NCBI RefSeq assembly: GCF_009914755.1
Contig: NC_060931.1
Source of the DNA: the human T2T-CHM13v2.0 reference genome, Homo sapiens
DNA length: 64,000 nucleotides
Direction: 5' to 3' (one strand)
In this document: positions 12,430-26,289 of the stretch, one piece after another
Layout of the letters: each line of letters starts with the position of its first letter
Numbering within the stretch: the first letter of the stretch is position 1
Position numbers and translations under genes: made by a program
Notes under the pieces: model-generated
Database searches by the model: none
Seen by the model: the letters and a program-made list of their open reading frames with translations, nothing else
What the model was told of the DNA's origin: nothing

Positions 12430-14438
12430 AATTCAATACTTTCTGATAAATATTCCAGCAACAGATTTTTAAGGAACTTGCCAAGCTCAACCTAAAATTC
12501 ACTTAGAAAGGCAAGTAAAAGTTGTAAGACATTTTTTAAGAAGAGCAAAAAGTAATTGTCTTCCCAAATATTAAAACAAGTTTAAAAATTGTAGTCATTG
12601 AAATGCCTTAATTTTGAAGCTGCAATGGGGAAATAGATCAATAAAATGAAAAAGGAATTCAAGAATGGAATTTTAGTGCATGATACATATGGCATCTCAA
12701 TTGGATGGGAAAATAACAGTTTAAAATTACCCGATGTTGGGCGATCTGATTTTCTATTTAGAAAAAATATAAATCGTATATCCTATGTTATATGCTGTCA
12801 TAAAAAGAATGCAAATAATAAACACTTAAACAACAAATATGTAAGAACACTGAAGAAAATTTAGTGAGTTACAGCAGAAAATAATTTTTCATAAATTTCT
12901 AACAGCAAATAAATGATACACTTGTCTAAATGAACATTTGTAACTTCTGTAATATTCAAAACATCATGAATGAAATTCAAACATAAGCAAGCCAACAGAC
13001 AAATATAACCTAAAGGGAAATATTAAAATATGCAGACAATAAATTAACAGCCAAAATTTATATTACAAAATCAACAAATAAAGAAAAAATATTCCACAAG
13101 TAAATAAAAGTCTAGAAAAAAATGTATACATGGGGCGATAAGACACGTGAAAATATGTTCAACCTCCCTATCAATCAATTAAACCAACAGCAGGTGTAAG
13201 TCTTCATCCATTTAATGTATTGAACATACATCTTGGGCACATTTTCACTTTCCCTGCACCACCTCGTTCTTTCTCTCAGGACAATAAATGGTTATTGATG
13301 ATTCTCAAAGGAAAATTTTTATCTTGCAGCCACTGGGATACCAAACTAAGCAAATCTTGGCTGAGTCTTTCAGCTTTCAGACTCAGAGAAAATGCTGCAG
13401 TGAGGGCCCTGAGATTTTGCTTCCAGAGTGCCTGCCAAGGAGCAGGCTAACGCAAACTGTAAGTTACTGAGAATCAGCTCCTGGTGGGGAGAACCTTAGC
13501 AAGCAGAGAAACAGGAAAAAAAAAAACAAAAAAACTATGGATAAATTTGTTTGTTCTCCCCTCTGGGCACTATCACAAGGTGCAGTTCATGTGTGCAAAC
13601 CTTCCAAGTTTATCAGCTGAAAGATATTTATTTATTTAGAGGCTAGTTGTGAAGAGGGGTCAGGCTGATAATGACTGATGTTGTGTTGCTTTGCCTCTGT
13701 TCTCTTCTGTGTTTCCACCCAGCACCTGCCTCCCTTTCCCAGGCACTTTTATTATTTATAAAATAAGTTAGTTATTCTAATTTCCCATGGTTCATCCATA
13801 ACAAATAAAATGTCACCATTTTAATCTCTTATTCAGGCTTTGCTTTTGCAGGACCCAAACTAAGGCAGATAATATCAAGTTTCCCTGAGTGGGTAAGAAA
13901 ATAATTATCTGACACTGCTATAAATTTGCTTTTTCTACAAAGTTTTGTTCTTAGATCACCTTTTAGGAACATAAATCTGTAAGCCATTTTTGTCAAGATA
14001 TATTAAAATTAAAATAATTTATCTATGCTGCAATTCCTCTACTGAATATGTACCCTGAAAGACAAGTATATGTGTGCAAAGGTGGCCATATTTACAAATG
14101 CTTATCGTTGATTGTTCATAACAGATAAAAAATGGAAAACTCTAAAAACCCATTTGAAAGAAGCCAATTATTATTGCTATATATTCTTTATTCTATTTAT
14201 ATAAAGTTTGAAATATGTCAATAGTGTAGTGCCAGAAAGCAAGTAAGTGGTTGTTGGGGGTAAGAGATGAGAAGTGACCTTGATTGTCAAAAAGCACATA
14301 AAAATGTGGGGGTTAATGGAAATATTCTATATCATATTCGTGTTGGTGTTTCTATTATTATACACACAGCTCATCAAATCAAACATTGAAAGTTGGAGGA
14401 TTTGTTTGTAAATTATATTTTACTAAAGCTGATTTAAA
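12430..14438 (+). mobile_element. Ancient L1ME-type fragment (ORF2 3' part and 3' UTR), interrupted by an LTR
   Basis: GAACTTGCCAAGCTCAACCTAAAATTCAC, AAAATATGTTCAACCTCCCTA, and the 3' end GTAAATTATATTTTACTAAAGCTG. Confidence 0.65.
13216..13867 (+). mobile_element. Old ERVL-class LTR (LTR16/LTR33-like 3' end)
   Basis: TG start; AATAAA followed by TCAGGCTTTGCTTTTGCAGGACCCAAACTAAGGCA; interrupts the L1ME. Confidence 0.5.
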
Positions 14439-14572
14439 ACTGAAGGAGAGAATGGTGATGATGAATATGTAGTATCTTGCTAATTCATGTTGTTGGTTTT
14501 AATCTCATTAAGAATAAACACTGCAACTCTTCTCTATGACATTTAGAATCAATACTAATATTGCTAAGTAGT

Positions 14573-14947
14573 TGTCTTAGACTGTTCATGCTACTGTAAC
14601 AAAATACCTCGGACTAGGTAATTTATAAGTAAGAGAAATTAATTTTCTCTGTGTTCTGGAAATAGACAGTCCACTATTAAGGGGCTGGCAAAGTTGATGT
14701 CAACAGAACTGTCAACAGTTCTTATACTGTTCCTTCCTGCTGTGTCCTTATGTGGTGGAAGGCAAAAGGGCAAAATGACCTAATTAAATCCCTCCAGTTC
14801 TTTCATAAGGTCACTGATCCATTCATGAGGGTAAAGCCTACCTAACTTAATCACTTCACAGAAGGCCCCAATGCTTAATACTATCACATTAAGTCTTAGA
14901 TTTCAATCTAAGAATTTTGGAAAAATATATGCATTGAAACCATAGCA
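14573..14947 (-). mobile_element. MaLR solo LTR (MLT1A/MSTD-like)
   Basis: TGTCTTAG...AAACCATAGCA termini; 5-bp TSD GTAGT/GTAGC. Confidence 0.85.
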
Positions 14948-15299
14948 GTAGCTTATTCTATTTATTGTGTTGTTCTAGTTCTGCATCTCAAGGCAAGACA
15001 TGTGAAGTCAAATATTTTATTTTCACAAACTTTTCTACAGAGAATAATATCCACTTTTACAGGTTGTTTTATATAGTTGGTAATTAAGAGGAGAATAAGA
15101 AATGCAAAGTATGAAGGGTAAGTAGCAAGAGGGTATCTTTATATTGCAAAGGTGCATCCTTAGAACTCCACTAAAGGTCTATAAAGTAATCCTTCAAAAA
15201 AGAATACAAATAAAAATTATACAACAACAAAAATCAAAACTGGTAACCAGATGGCTTCATGACTGAGAGCTCAGTTGCAGTTGTCCTCTGACGGTCAGG

Positions 15300-16520
15300 A
15301 GTGATGGTAAGACATGATTTTATAGAATTAGGTTCACTATGCTCAGCCGATCTACCTGTATGCCACTTTCCTGTTTTCAAACATGCGTTTTATATAGACA
15401 TACCTAACAGTCACCAGAATCTCCACACTAATCCTTTGATTCTAAGATACGAGTTATGGTAGTAGAAAGTAAAATGGGAGAGTTCCCTGACTCCCCCGGC
15501 AGGAAATGTGACAGGGTGTGGCTCGCCTGTTGAGTCGCCTGGCTGCTCAAACGCCTTGCAAGAGGGGGAGCACACAGACTGGCAGGTGAAGGAGCCCAGG
15601 TGGGCGCGTGTTACAATGTGCCCTTTTAGCTTTGCCGTTTGAGGATGGCTTGAGTATTAATCAGCTCAATTAACCCTCTGCCTTTCTGCAAGGGCAGAGG
15701 GCCAGTGTGACAGCTTTCTGGATCCTGAGCTTCTGTCCAGCATCCAGGAAAAATCAAGTTACACATGGACTCCAAAGATGAATGCTAGGTTTTTACTGAA
15801 TGGTGGAGGTGACTTTCAGCAGGATAGATGGGGAGCTGGAAGCAGGGAGATGGAGTAAGAAGGTGATTCTCCCCTGGAGCTGGAACTTCCAACAGCCAAA
15901 CCCCTCACCGACTGCCCCAGCCGAACTCCTCTGGGTGTCTAGACACCCCTCCTTTTCTCTGGCGTGCTGCCCTGCTGCTTTCTGCCACTCTCCACCACTC
16001 TCTGCTGTTCTCTGCTGTTCTGTTCCTCTGCTCCTCTGGATGTTCAGCCACCTGTGTGTGTGCCTGCTAAGGTCTCAGGTTTATATAGGCACAGGATGGG
16101 AGGCATGGCAAGCCAAAAGGCAACATTTTGGGCACGAAAACAGAAATGCCAGTTCCCATTTAGAACCGCAGTCTCCAGGCATGAGCATGGGGCCTTTGCC
16201 GGGGAACCACCCTCTTCTACCCAGTATTTCCCTCTCTCCTTCCTATATCAAAAGGACAGAAAAAACCCCTGAAAATTGCTACCCAGGATTTCAGCAAAGA
16301 AGATGTAGAGGAGAGATGGGCCTATTTCATGGGATCCACTGTACCATGTAACTCCAGAAGTTGCCAGCTGACAGTGATAAACTGGCCTCTTAAAGGTGCA
16401 TGTTAGATGCCAGCAGCTCAGTGATACCCCATGATGAGTGGTCACAACTCTTTAGGATGTGGACAGCTCTTAAACCAATGCAGGTATGTAAATAAATGGG
16501 TCCAAGAATAAGGGGGTAGA
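15300..16520 (+). mobile_element. Highly decayed ERVL internal (pol/integrase) remnants, split by MER50
   Basis: ATAGACATACCTAACAGTCACCAGAATCTCCACAC and CCAGAAGTTGCCAGCTGA...GGGTCCAAGAATAAGGGGGTAGAAG resemble recalled ERVL-int. Confidence 0.45.
15470..16250 (-). mobile_element. MER50-family ERV1 solo LTR
   Basis: Reverse complement begins TGATATAGGAAGGAGAGAGGGAAATACTGGGTAGAAGAGGG; 4-bp TSD AAAG at 15466-15469 and 16251-16254. Confidence 0.8.
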
Positions 16521-18889
16521 AGTAATAATGAGGATACTTGAATTTTTACTTTTCAGCCTCTAACTTTTGTATAAAAAGTGAGTTCCTTGTCACTGTCTAG
16601 TCACATCTGCAATAATCTATCTGGTGTTTCTGAGAGACAGAGTAGGGAAGTAAATGGCCATGAAAAGGACAATCACTCCTGTGTGTTAAAAACTATTCGA
16701 GAATTGAGCTACATAAGAGTCATTAAACATAATTTCAATGAAAGTTGTATTTTCTGAGTTTAACTAAGGTATTCAGACACTTGATTTAAATGTTTTTTTT
16801 TAAAGAAAAAGATTAAGCTAATAAATAAAATGGTTGTAATTTTGTTTCTTGCCCATAATATTTTTGTCTTAAAACATTAATATTCAGTTCTGCTTCCTTA
16901 TTTAATATCAGTAAATATCATGTTATCTCACTTGCAAAAATTACAATCATGATTGTCACACTGGTGCACTACATCAGTAATTAAGAGTTCTGTAAAGAAC
17001 ACCATGACCTCCAAGTACTTCACATTATAATCAATTTTCAGGACAACTAAACCCCATGAACACCAAGATCCTTTTTATCTTTAAAATTTTAATAAGCATT
17101 ACACTATTCATTTTCATCTTTCACATTTTCTTGATGCACTTACTATCAGTCCTTCTAACATAATGGCAAAAGGCTCCTGTACATATTTATTTGTGGAGAC
17201 AATAGCACCTCTAGTAATGCTTATTTAAAAAAGTCACTCACTGATTTGTATTTCTAAGTATCGGGAGTTCAGACAATGGGATTTTTTTTAAGTAGAAATT
17301 TGGGAACTTTTTTTCTTCCTCACATACTGACAAGATAGTTTTTATTCTATCTGGTATCATTTGTATTTGGATTGGAACTTTTTCAAAAGAAGCCTTTTTG
17401 CGTTTTACTGAGAAAGCTATTACAATAGATTGCCTTTCCTATGATGATAAAAAATATGTAATTTTCACATTCACTTAGCTTTAAAACAGCTGAATAGATT
17501 TTCCTTAATCTTAGAAGAAAATTATCTTGGGGTTGAATAAAAGCATAGAAAGCTTAAACTGAAAAAGAAATTTTAAGAAGTTTATGACTCAGATAAAGTA
17601 GAGTTGTAAAACTAAACATTCTATAATATCATTTGCTATCTCTAATATACATCCAAACATAGATGAATTTAATATATCTTTTCGTCCTCTCGTATAACAT
17701 GTGCCAACCATTTACATTGAATCCTCAAGCCTACATAAGCATAAAACTCCATCCAGAAAAATGTGTTAAAGGAACATTGAATTAGCCATCAAGGCTAGGA
17801 AATGGTTGATGTGACATGGAACTGAAATGTATCAAAAAGTTATAGCTAAATACTAGCCTATGATTATGTGTATGTATGGAGATACTGGATCAAATCAGAT
17901 ACCATAGTTCCAGGGTGCTATCATCAACCTGCCTTATAAGTAACATGGTGGTCTTGTTATACTCACTGGGAAGTCAGATTCTGTCAGATAAGTTTGACAG
18001 TTTGCACTCTAGCTCTGTCCATGCTAAGATCACTTTTCAAAGTCAATTCTTTCGCTTTTGTCCATTCCCATGTTTATCTGTGTATGTACATTGTTTAATT
18101 TAGGGGAATATTTTTATTCATTCTAACTCAAGAACACTGTCCACACTATTCATTTCAGCTTAAATCAATGCCATACCATATGTAAAAATATAGATTACAA
18201 AAGAGATTTAAATAGTTTGTTGTGAGGATGACATAGGCTCTGAATCATTTCTCTGCATGAGGCTTTATGTAGTTGCTGGGATGTAGCCCTCAACAAGATA
18301 TTTCCTAACAGAGTTTGAAACCTAGCTGGGCACTCAGATATTAAAGAAATAACTAGCTTGGTCTATTTCATCCCTCACCTCTGCCTATTATTCATGTTTT
18401 AACTCTGAGTTTCCTTTCTACAAATTATGAGAAATCTAATCTTCTTTGATTATAGGTTTAACTTCCTTAGGAGTTTAACCCCCAGATATCCCTAAGACTC
18501 TAAGTTCTAATAATGAATTCTTCTGAAAAGCAGAGAATGTGGTCCTCATTCCCCACAGCTGATGCCATCAGACTGTGTGGCCACAGGTGCTCCAGTCATT
18601 GCCTCAACCCCACAGAAGTTCCTCAGGGGGACGGACAGGAAAACATCAGAGCACTATCTAAAATCTTTCACAGTAAGTGTGGCCTAGCATTTTCTGCCAG
18701 TTTCTGCATAATCCTCTTTCTTAATGGTCCAAAAATCACAGCTAGAATAAGCGTTGTGACCCACGTCAAAGAATAGAGAACAGTACATTTCTCAAATAAC
18801 CCCATCATTACAAAAGTATTTTTTTCAATCTCCTTTTGGGGAAATTATTTCTCTTTCTTGCATTTTTCAGGCAGAATGAAAATGGAGCC

Positions 18890-19516
18890 AATGAAAGGGA
18901 ATTAAATTTTGGGATCCCCAAACTCATGTAGCCAAAGGGAAAAGTCAAGCTGGGAACTTGGTCACGCAAACCTGCCTCCCCCATTTGGCTCCTAAGTAAG
19001 ATGGCTACAAGATGAAAAGCTACATGCCTCCCCTATATTTTGCCTACAAGGAAATTCCTGATGAGCTGCAAGATCTTTTAAGGTGTTTCTGTTAAAATTT
19101 CACCATGGCAATGCAAATTGATAGCTTATCTTTACAGGTGCAGTTACCCACAGCCCACCAGACACAAATGCATATCTGATTATTCCCTTACCCCATTTTT
19201 GCCTGTGTTATCATATGTAAAATGCAGATTCTCTGCATTTTTCCTCTGCCCCATTTGTCTAGGTCATCTTATGAAAAAAAAAAATTGTAGATTCACTGAG
19301 CCAGACAAAGGCATGAATGACTATTTTTCCCTAACTCCCTGTTACATGCAAATTGTGTACTTCTCAATATCCCGCCATTTACCCTTTAAATTTTGAGCCC
19401 CCAAAATCATCTTCAGAGAAAGGCAAAGACCTGTCTTCTGGGTGTGTGTCTTTAATTTTGGCAAATAAATTTCCTAAAATGGTTGAGACTTGCCTTATCA
19501 TTTTTCTCCATTGACA
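18890..19516 (+). mobile_element. MER4-group ERV1 solo LTR
   Basis: TGAAAGGG...GCCAAAGGGAAAAGTCAAGCTGGGAACT start, AATAAA, ends TTGACA; TSD AGCC/AGCC. Confidence 0.85.
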
Positions 19517-20224
19517 AGCCTAATAATAATATATGATAGATCTTTTAAAATCAATCTGTAGGTATTCATATTCAAATTTAAAACGACTCTCGCGTTTTTC
19601 TTAAAAACAACGAGTAAGGCTTTATAATTGTGAAAATAAGAGTTTATCACTGCGAGCTTCCCAAAATCAATGGAAAGCTGAAATTTACCACAGAATCCAG
19701 GATCAGGAAATTATGAAATGACCAAATAATCAAATGCTAGCAGTCTTCCAAATACCAATACTTTGTGTGTGTTAGTATGTGTGTGTAATTTCATGTATGT
19801 GTGTGTATATATTTATATATATATTATTCATTTTTATAGTAAATATATATTTCATGTACATATCAAAATACACTTAGTTATCATTATAATATGTGGTAAA
19901 AGAAAAAATGTAGTATATAACATGTGAGTCTGAGGATCTAATTTATTTTCCTGAGAGAATAATATTTAAGCAATAAATCCAGGAAAGACAAAAACATTAA
20001 TAAGAGTTAACTAGGCAAAAGGAAGAGTATTCTATTGAGGAAAGCTTAGCATGAAACGTTTGGACAAATATCAATCTGGTTTATTTCAGATGTCATATAT
20101 ATGTGTGTTCATTTGGGACTCATCATAATTCCAAAAAAACATAATCTTGAATGCCATAATACCAAATGTTGAAATCCCAAAAGATTTTTGATTCCCAAAA
20201 TAAAATTCTGGAAAAAATAATTAA

Positions 20225-20540
<316 letters not shown>

Positions 20541-21249
20541 TTAGAACTCTTTAGAAGATATTTATTCACATTTCTTAAAAGGAGATTTGACAAACATAGA
20601 GAACATGATAGATCACTTCATAGACCACTTCACACAATAAAATAGGCAGTAATAACATACAGATTTTTGTAAGCATAAACATTCAGCTATACTAATGATG
20701 GTTTCATACATCCAACAGATATGAGCAGATACCCTGTGTGTAAAGAAGTAGGTCAAAGGGGGAAATGAATAAATGTGTATTACTACAGTTGATATTTTTG
20801 TGCATCCAGCTTTCTAACTGTTGTCCTTTGAAATATTGTGACAATCTCATTCTTTTTAGGAGATTAATCAAAAATCATGATGGGTCATCATTTCATATGC
20901 AGTTGCTTAAAGAGCAGAAGTCTTGAGAAATTTTATTTCAAAAATACAGATGTGCAAAAAGGGCATCTTTTCATTTACTGAGGAAGTTTCAACATTTTTA
21001 TGTACACTAGCAATGCTCATGCATAGTCAATATACACTAATACACTTTTGTATAGACAAATTAGCAAAAAATGCATAAAATGAATTAGAACTCTCTAAAG
21101 TATCTACACAATTTAGAGCTCCAGTATTGAAAATGATGCAAAAGATAAATACGTAGTATAGCAAATTGTAAAAAATAATTCTGACAATTTAAAATACTAA
21201 AAGAAGAAAAGAAAAAAACTAAAACAGAAAATTTGACCTATGAAAAAGT

Positions 21250-22770
21250 GTATTGTAATGATAGATTATGGGCAATTGCTTGAAGATTGTCCAGAAGAGC
21301 CAGCTGAATTTTGTAATCATTGTATGTTGAAGTATTACATCATGATGAATAGTTGCCTTTTGTTTGTTTGTTTGTTTTGGTTTTTGTTTGCTTGTTTTCA
21401 GTTTAGTTTTCTTTTATTTTTTAGGACATTGTGTTCCTCAGAGAATGCCTTGACATTTATTTTCTAGGAGACTGCCCTTTTTGAAATCCTTCAATGATTA
21501 GATATACAATAACATGAGCATTCCATATTAAATATTTTCATCTTCTGAGCCATGCTTCTATGTTGTTTTTGGTATGCAGAAATCTATACACACTCTTATA
21601 CAGACCACACGCACTCACATACATATCGCAAATTAGGTGGAAACAATACAGGTGATTGAACAGCAACACTGTTGCATAAGTATCTTCGTATCAGGCACAT
21701 AACTATCAGCAAACCAGTAACTTCAATGGCTTCTTCTGGCAAATGCAGCTTTAATTCATTAAAAGCTCCTGCAATGTCAACAGCTAGAAAGAATGCCACT
21801 TCAGGCAAATCATATGTTTTTAAATCGAAGGTTTTGTTATTGCCATATCATGCTGCCAATCCGCTGATCATGATTTTCCATCAAACACAGTGGGCTTAAT
21901 GGGAAAACAAACTTTATTGGTAACACCTTGACATTCACTTTTAGAAGCCTTGATCACACCTAATTCCCAATCCATCATTATAGTTTAAGGATTCAATTAA
22001 AATCCATTCTCTTCTGTAAAATCGACCAAATCTTTAAATAAGTTTGTATAAAGTAATTCACTTTTTTTCAGTCACTCATACATAAACAAGTGGATAAGTT
22101 CTAGAATTTTTTAATCCAATGGCGGCATGAATTGTATATAGTTGATTAAAAAAATACTGGGGACAGTTTTAAAAGTGCCATCCATTAGTCAAAGTGAAGT
22201 ATGTGCTAGTTTTTCTATGATAGAATTAGTGGTAAATGTAAGAAGTATATCTTCTTTGACAGTCAAATCCATGCTTAACCAAGAATAGTTCACCAGTCAA
22301 TGTGTTTTGTAATACAAGGGGGACCACAATATGAGCAAGTGCCTTTGGTTCAGAAGATCACTGAACTTGTTGAATTCTTTTTATTCTCTAATGAAGGGTG
22401 TTTTTTTTGAAGGCAAGCATGGCACTATGTGTGAAGGGGAAGACATTATACATGACTGCAAAATTTTGGAGGTGAGATTTCTTGTATTGTTGCCATTTTT
22501 AATTCTTCCATGATTTACAAACACTCCCTACACTTATATTTGGAGAGTGGTTGTGGTCTACACATCTTTTAAGTATATGCTATCCATTTGAAAGTCTAGT
22601 TATTGTTTGACTGTGGCAATTAAGTGTTTTTCTGCTTTCTCAGCACCAATAATAATTAGCTTTTAAACTTTTATCTTTTACCATTAAGTAGCCTCATACA
22701 CTGAACTTGTCACAGCTTTTTTTTTTGTGTGTGTGTGTGTGAGGGAACAGTTTCACAGATCCTTTCACTG
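21250..22770 (-). pseudogene. Decayed MULE (MuDR) transposase
   Basis: Minus-strand translation across frameshifts gives YLMVKDKSLKANYYWC...C...DHNHSP (FLYWCH-like), LMDGTFKTVP...QLYTIHA, IMMDWELGVIKASKSECQGVTNKVCF(x)H, AFNELKLHLPEEA, SPVLFPPNL, TKNNIEAW and LQAIAHNLSL. Confidence 0.85.
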
Positions 22771-22825
22771 TGTTTTAAGAAACATAGTAAAAAATAATGA
22801 TATTTGGCTTTCCCAGTGCAAAATT

Positions 22826-22873
22826 CTTATTAGGATTCTCCAGAGAGACAGAACCAATAGGATATATATATAA

Positions 22874-22929
<56 letters not shown>

Positions 22930-23333
22930 ATGGATTCATTATGGTAATTGACTCACACAATTATGGTGGCCAAGAAGTTCCAGGACAGGCAATCTGCAAG
23001 CTGCAGGCCCTGGGATGCTGGTAGTGTGGCTCAGACTGAAAGCCTCAGGACCTGAAGGATTACTGATGTAAGACCTGGAGTCCAAAGCCGGAAAGCCTGG
23101 GTTCTGATATCCAAGGCAGCAGGAGAAGTTTGTCCCATATCTCAGACACCAATTAACCTGAATTTGTTCTCTCTTTGTCCCTAGTTGATTAGATGGCAGA
23201 TTTTCCTGACCTAATCCACTCAGACTCACACTATTTGCTTTTGGAAGCACCCTCACAGGCATACCCAAAATAATACTTTACCAAGTTGCTATTCTTTTAT
23301 TCAGTCAGGTTGATACACAAAATTAAGTTCACA
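22826..23333 (-). mobile_element. MLT2B-like HERV-L LTR inside Ricksha
   Basis: TATTAGGATTCTCCAGAGAGACAGAACCAATAGGA-(TA)n ... GTTGATACACAAAATTAAGTTCACA is the MLT2 reverse-complement layout. Confidence 0.85.
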
Positions 23334-23407
23334 AGTTCACCCCTTGTCAATGTGGCATTAATACACATCTTAAACCACATTTAATCTCCAAATAAATAAA
23401 GTAACGG
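23334..23407 (-). mobile_element. ERV-L 3' internal fragment with PPT, adjoining the MLT2 LTR
   Basis: On the minus strand ...TTGACAAGGGGTGAACT directly precedes the LTR's TG, as at the HERV-L 3' internal/LTR junction. Confidence 0.7.
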
Positions 23408-23699
23408 GTGACACACCTAACATGATGCAATTATTCTGTGATTGTGATTTTTCAGGATTTTAGCGTTTAGGGACTTTTTATTTTAGGGATTTAGACTTTA
23501 GAGATTTTGATCTTTAGGAATTTTGATCTTTCATCATTTCAGCATTGGGGATTATGGCATTTGGGATTGTGTTTTCTGGGATTATAATCCAAACTCTTCA
23601 TATATGCATATCTGTGCTTATGTACATATATGGAGGTGTCTGTGACAGTGTGTGTGTGTCGCCATCCAATACTGAGTGACTTTGAACTTCTCTACTATT

Positions 23700-24470
<771 letters not shown>

Positions 24471-24925
24471 GGCCTTACATATGAGCTCCACAAAACCTGT
24501 CTTCCTCTCTCATCATACTCCCACCCTCATTCAGTCCAAACCAGGGGCAAACATTCTTCTGAGTTTAATGTGTCCTATTTTGCTTGTAGGTCTTCGCATA
24601 ACATATGTATCTATTTTGAATATGTGTAAATGCTATCATGATATACATTTCTTTCTGTTTTTGTCTTTTGTTTTTCACTCAACACTGTTTTAAAAACTCA
24701 ATATTGTTATGTGTGTATTTCATCCACTACTCCTAGCAACTGCATTATACTCAGCATTTCATGACATGCATTTCAAATATTTTATACAGCTGCTTCCTTA
24801 AAGACAAATACTTCAAATTCTTCTTCGTTTCCATAATTATGTTTCATTAAATATTCTCATATATGTACTATATGTGTGATATATCTTTAACAAACATATG
24901 GATAAAATACATTTCTGGATAGTAG

Positions 24926-26270
24926 TGTGATGAGTTGCAAAATGGCCACAAATTCTTCCTCTTAACTTTTTCCATACTTGGCAAATAAATGGTCTCATTG
25001 TCTAACTCTTGTATCTGAACTAGCCTCGACTTGCTTTGGCCAGAGACAATAGTAAATGTGTTGCAGGCTGGGACTTTTCAAATACTTGCATATTAGAGCT
25101 TGCTCCACTGATATTTTGGACAGCGCCCCATGAGCAAGCCTGGACTAGCCTTCTGGATTATGAGATACAAGGTCTAGCCACCAAAGTCAGTCCAAATGAG
25201 AGCAATTAAACTCACTGAGGCACAGCAGACTAATGTACCTACAAGGCACTACAAATAACTGAGCAAGTCCAGCTGAGATTACCAAAGGACATGTCCAACT
25301 GAATTCAATTCTGTTATGAAATGCATAAGGATTGATGTTTAGAGTTTGCAGTGTTAAACAGTTTTAACACTGTTTGCAGTGTTAAAATTTTTTAGTTTTA
25401 ATGCAATGACAGATAAATGGTATAGAAATGGGTACGTGAACCTGAAGTGCTGCTGTAAAGAAAAGCCTAAAATGTGGGCAGAAGAAGAAAATGTGGTAAG
25501 GAAAGTGCTAAAATAGGCTTGAAATGTGGCAATTCATGACATACAGTAGTAGAGCAATTAAATCTAACATTTTCGGTAAGTTGGAAGTTAGAAAATGCGC
25601 CTAATGGACCTGGGGAATTCGGCAAGATGATGCCAATATAGAACGTTGAAATATCTGCTGGATTTATTCTGCTTCCTATGTTCAGATACAAGGTAAGAAA
25701 GATGAGTTAAAATTAGGGTTTCTAGAACTCAGCACTATTGAAATTTGGGGTTAGATAAGTCTATATTGGGGGAAGGAGTTGAATAGTCCATGTTTGACAG
25801 AATTCCTGGTCTTAAGCACTAAATGCCAGTTGCACCATTACCCCCAGGCATGGCATCAAACCTAACTCCAGACATTTCCAAATGCCCTCTAAAGGGAAAA
25901 TCATAATGCTGAGCTAGGTAAAGAACTTTTTGGTCTGTAAGCAGATTTTGGAGAGAATACTGAAGATTCTGCAATGGCTGCACTGAAAAATAAGTGTTTC
26001 TCATCTCCAATTTTACCAGTCAGTAAAAGATGCTCAAAATGAAACAAGGCCTAGGAACAAAAATCATGGTAAGCCTGTGTCTATAAGACCTTATGATAAA
26101 ACCTTCGAAAAATTTAAAGTGGTGGTGCCTTATATACCATCTAAGTTAAGTAAGATAATTTCTAAAAAGAGTCCTATTCTAAAGAAGCTCAGACATGGAG
26201 AAGTGTATCTTGAAAAGTATTGGGATTGGAGGTGTGGTGTATTTCAATGGAATAGTCTATACTGTGATAT
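24926..26270 (+). mobile_element. MLT1G/H-like MaLR LTR (~24926-25423) plus adjoining internal sequence
   Basis: TGTGATGAGTTGCAAAATGGCCACAAATTCTTCC start; LTR end followed by GAAATGGGTAC...GAAGTGCTGCTGTAAAGAAAAGCCTAAAATGTG (MLT1-int start). Confidence 0.6.
25714..25918. mobile_element. MER20 hAT-Charlie DNA transposon
   Basis: CAGCACTATTGAAATTTGGGG...CACTAAATGCCAGTTGCACC...CTCCAGACATTTCCAAATGCCCTCT matches recalled MER20. Confidence 0.75.
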
Positions 26271-26289
26271 ATACAACTTTTTTCTTTCA

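Noticed and set aside
15800-16351. Longest ORF in the window (183 aa)
   Set aside because: Lies almost wholly in the GC-richer MER50 LTR and has no recognisable domain
23440-23590. Short regularly spaced GGGATTT/GATTTT repeats resembling an array
   Set aside because: These are subterminal repeats of the Ricksha TIR; there are no unique spacers, and CRISPR is not expected in primate DNA
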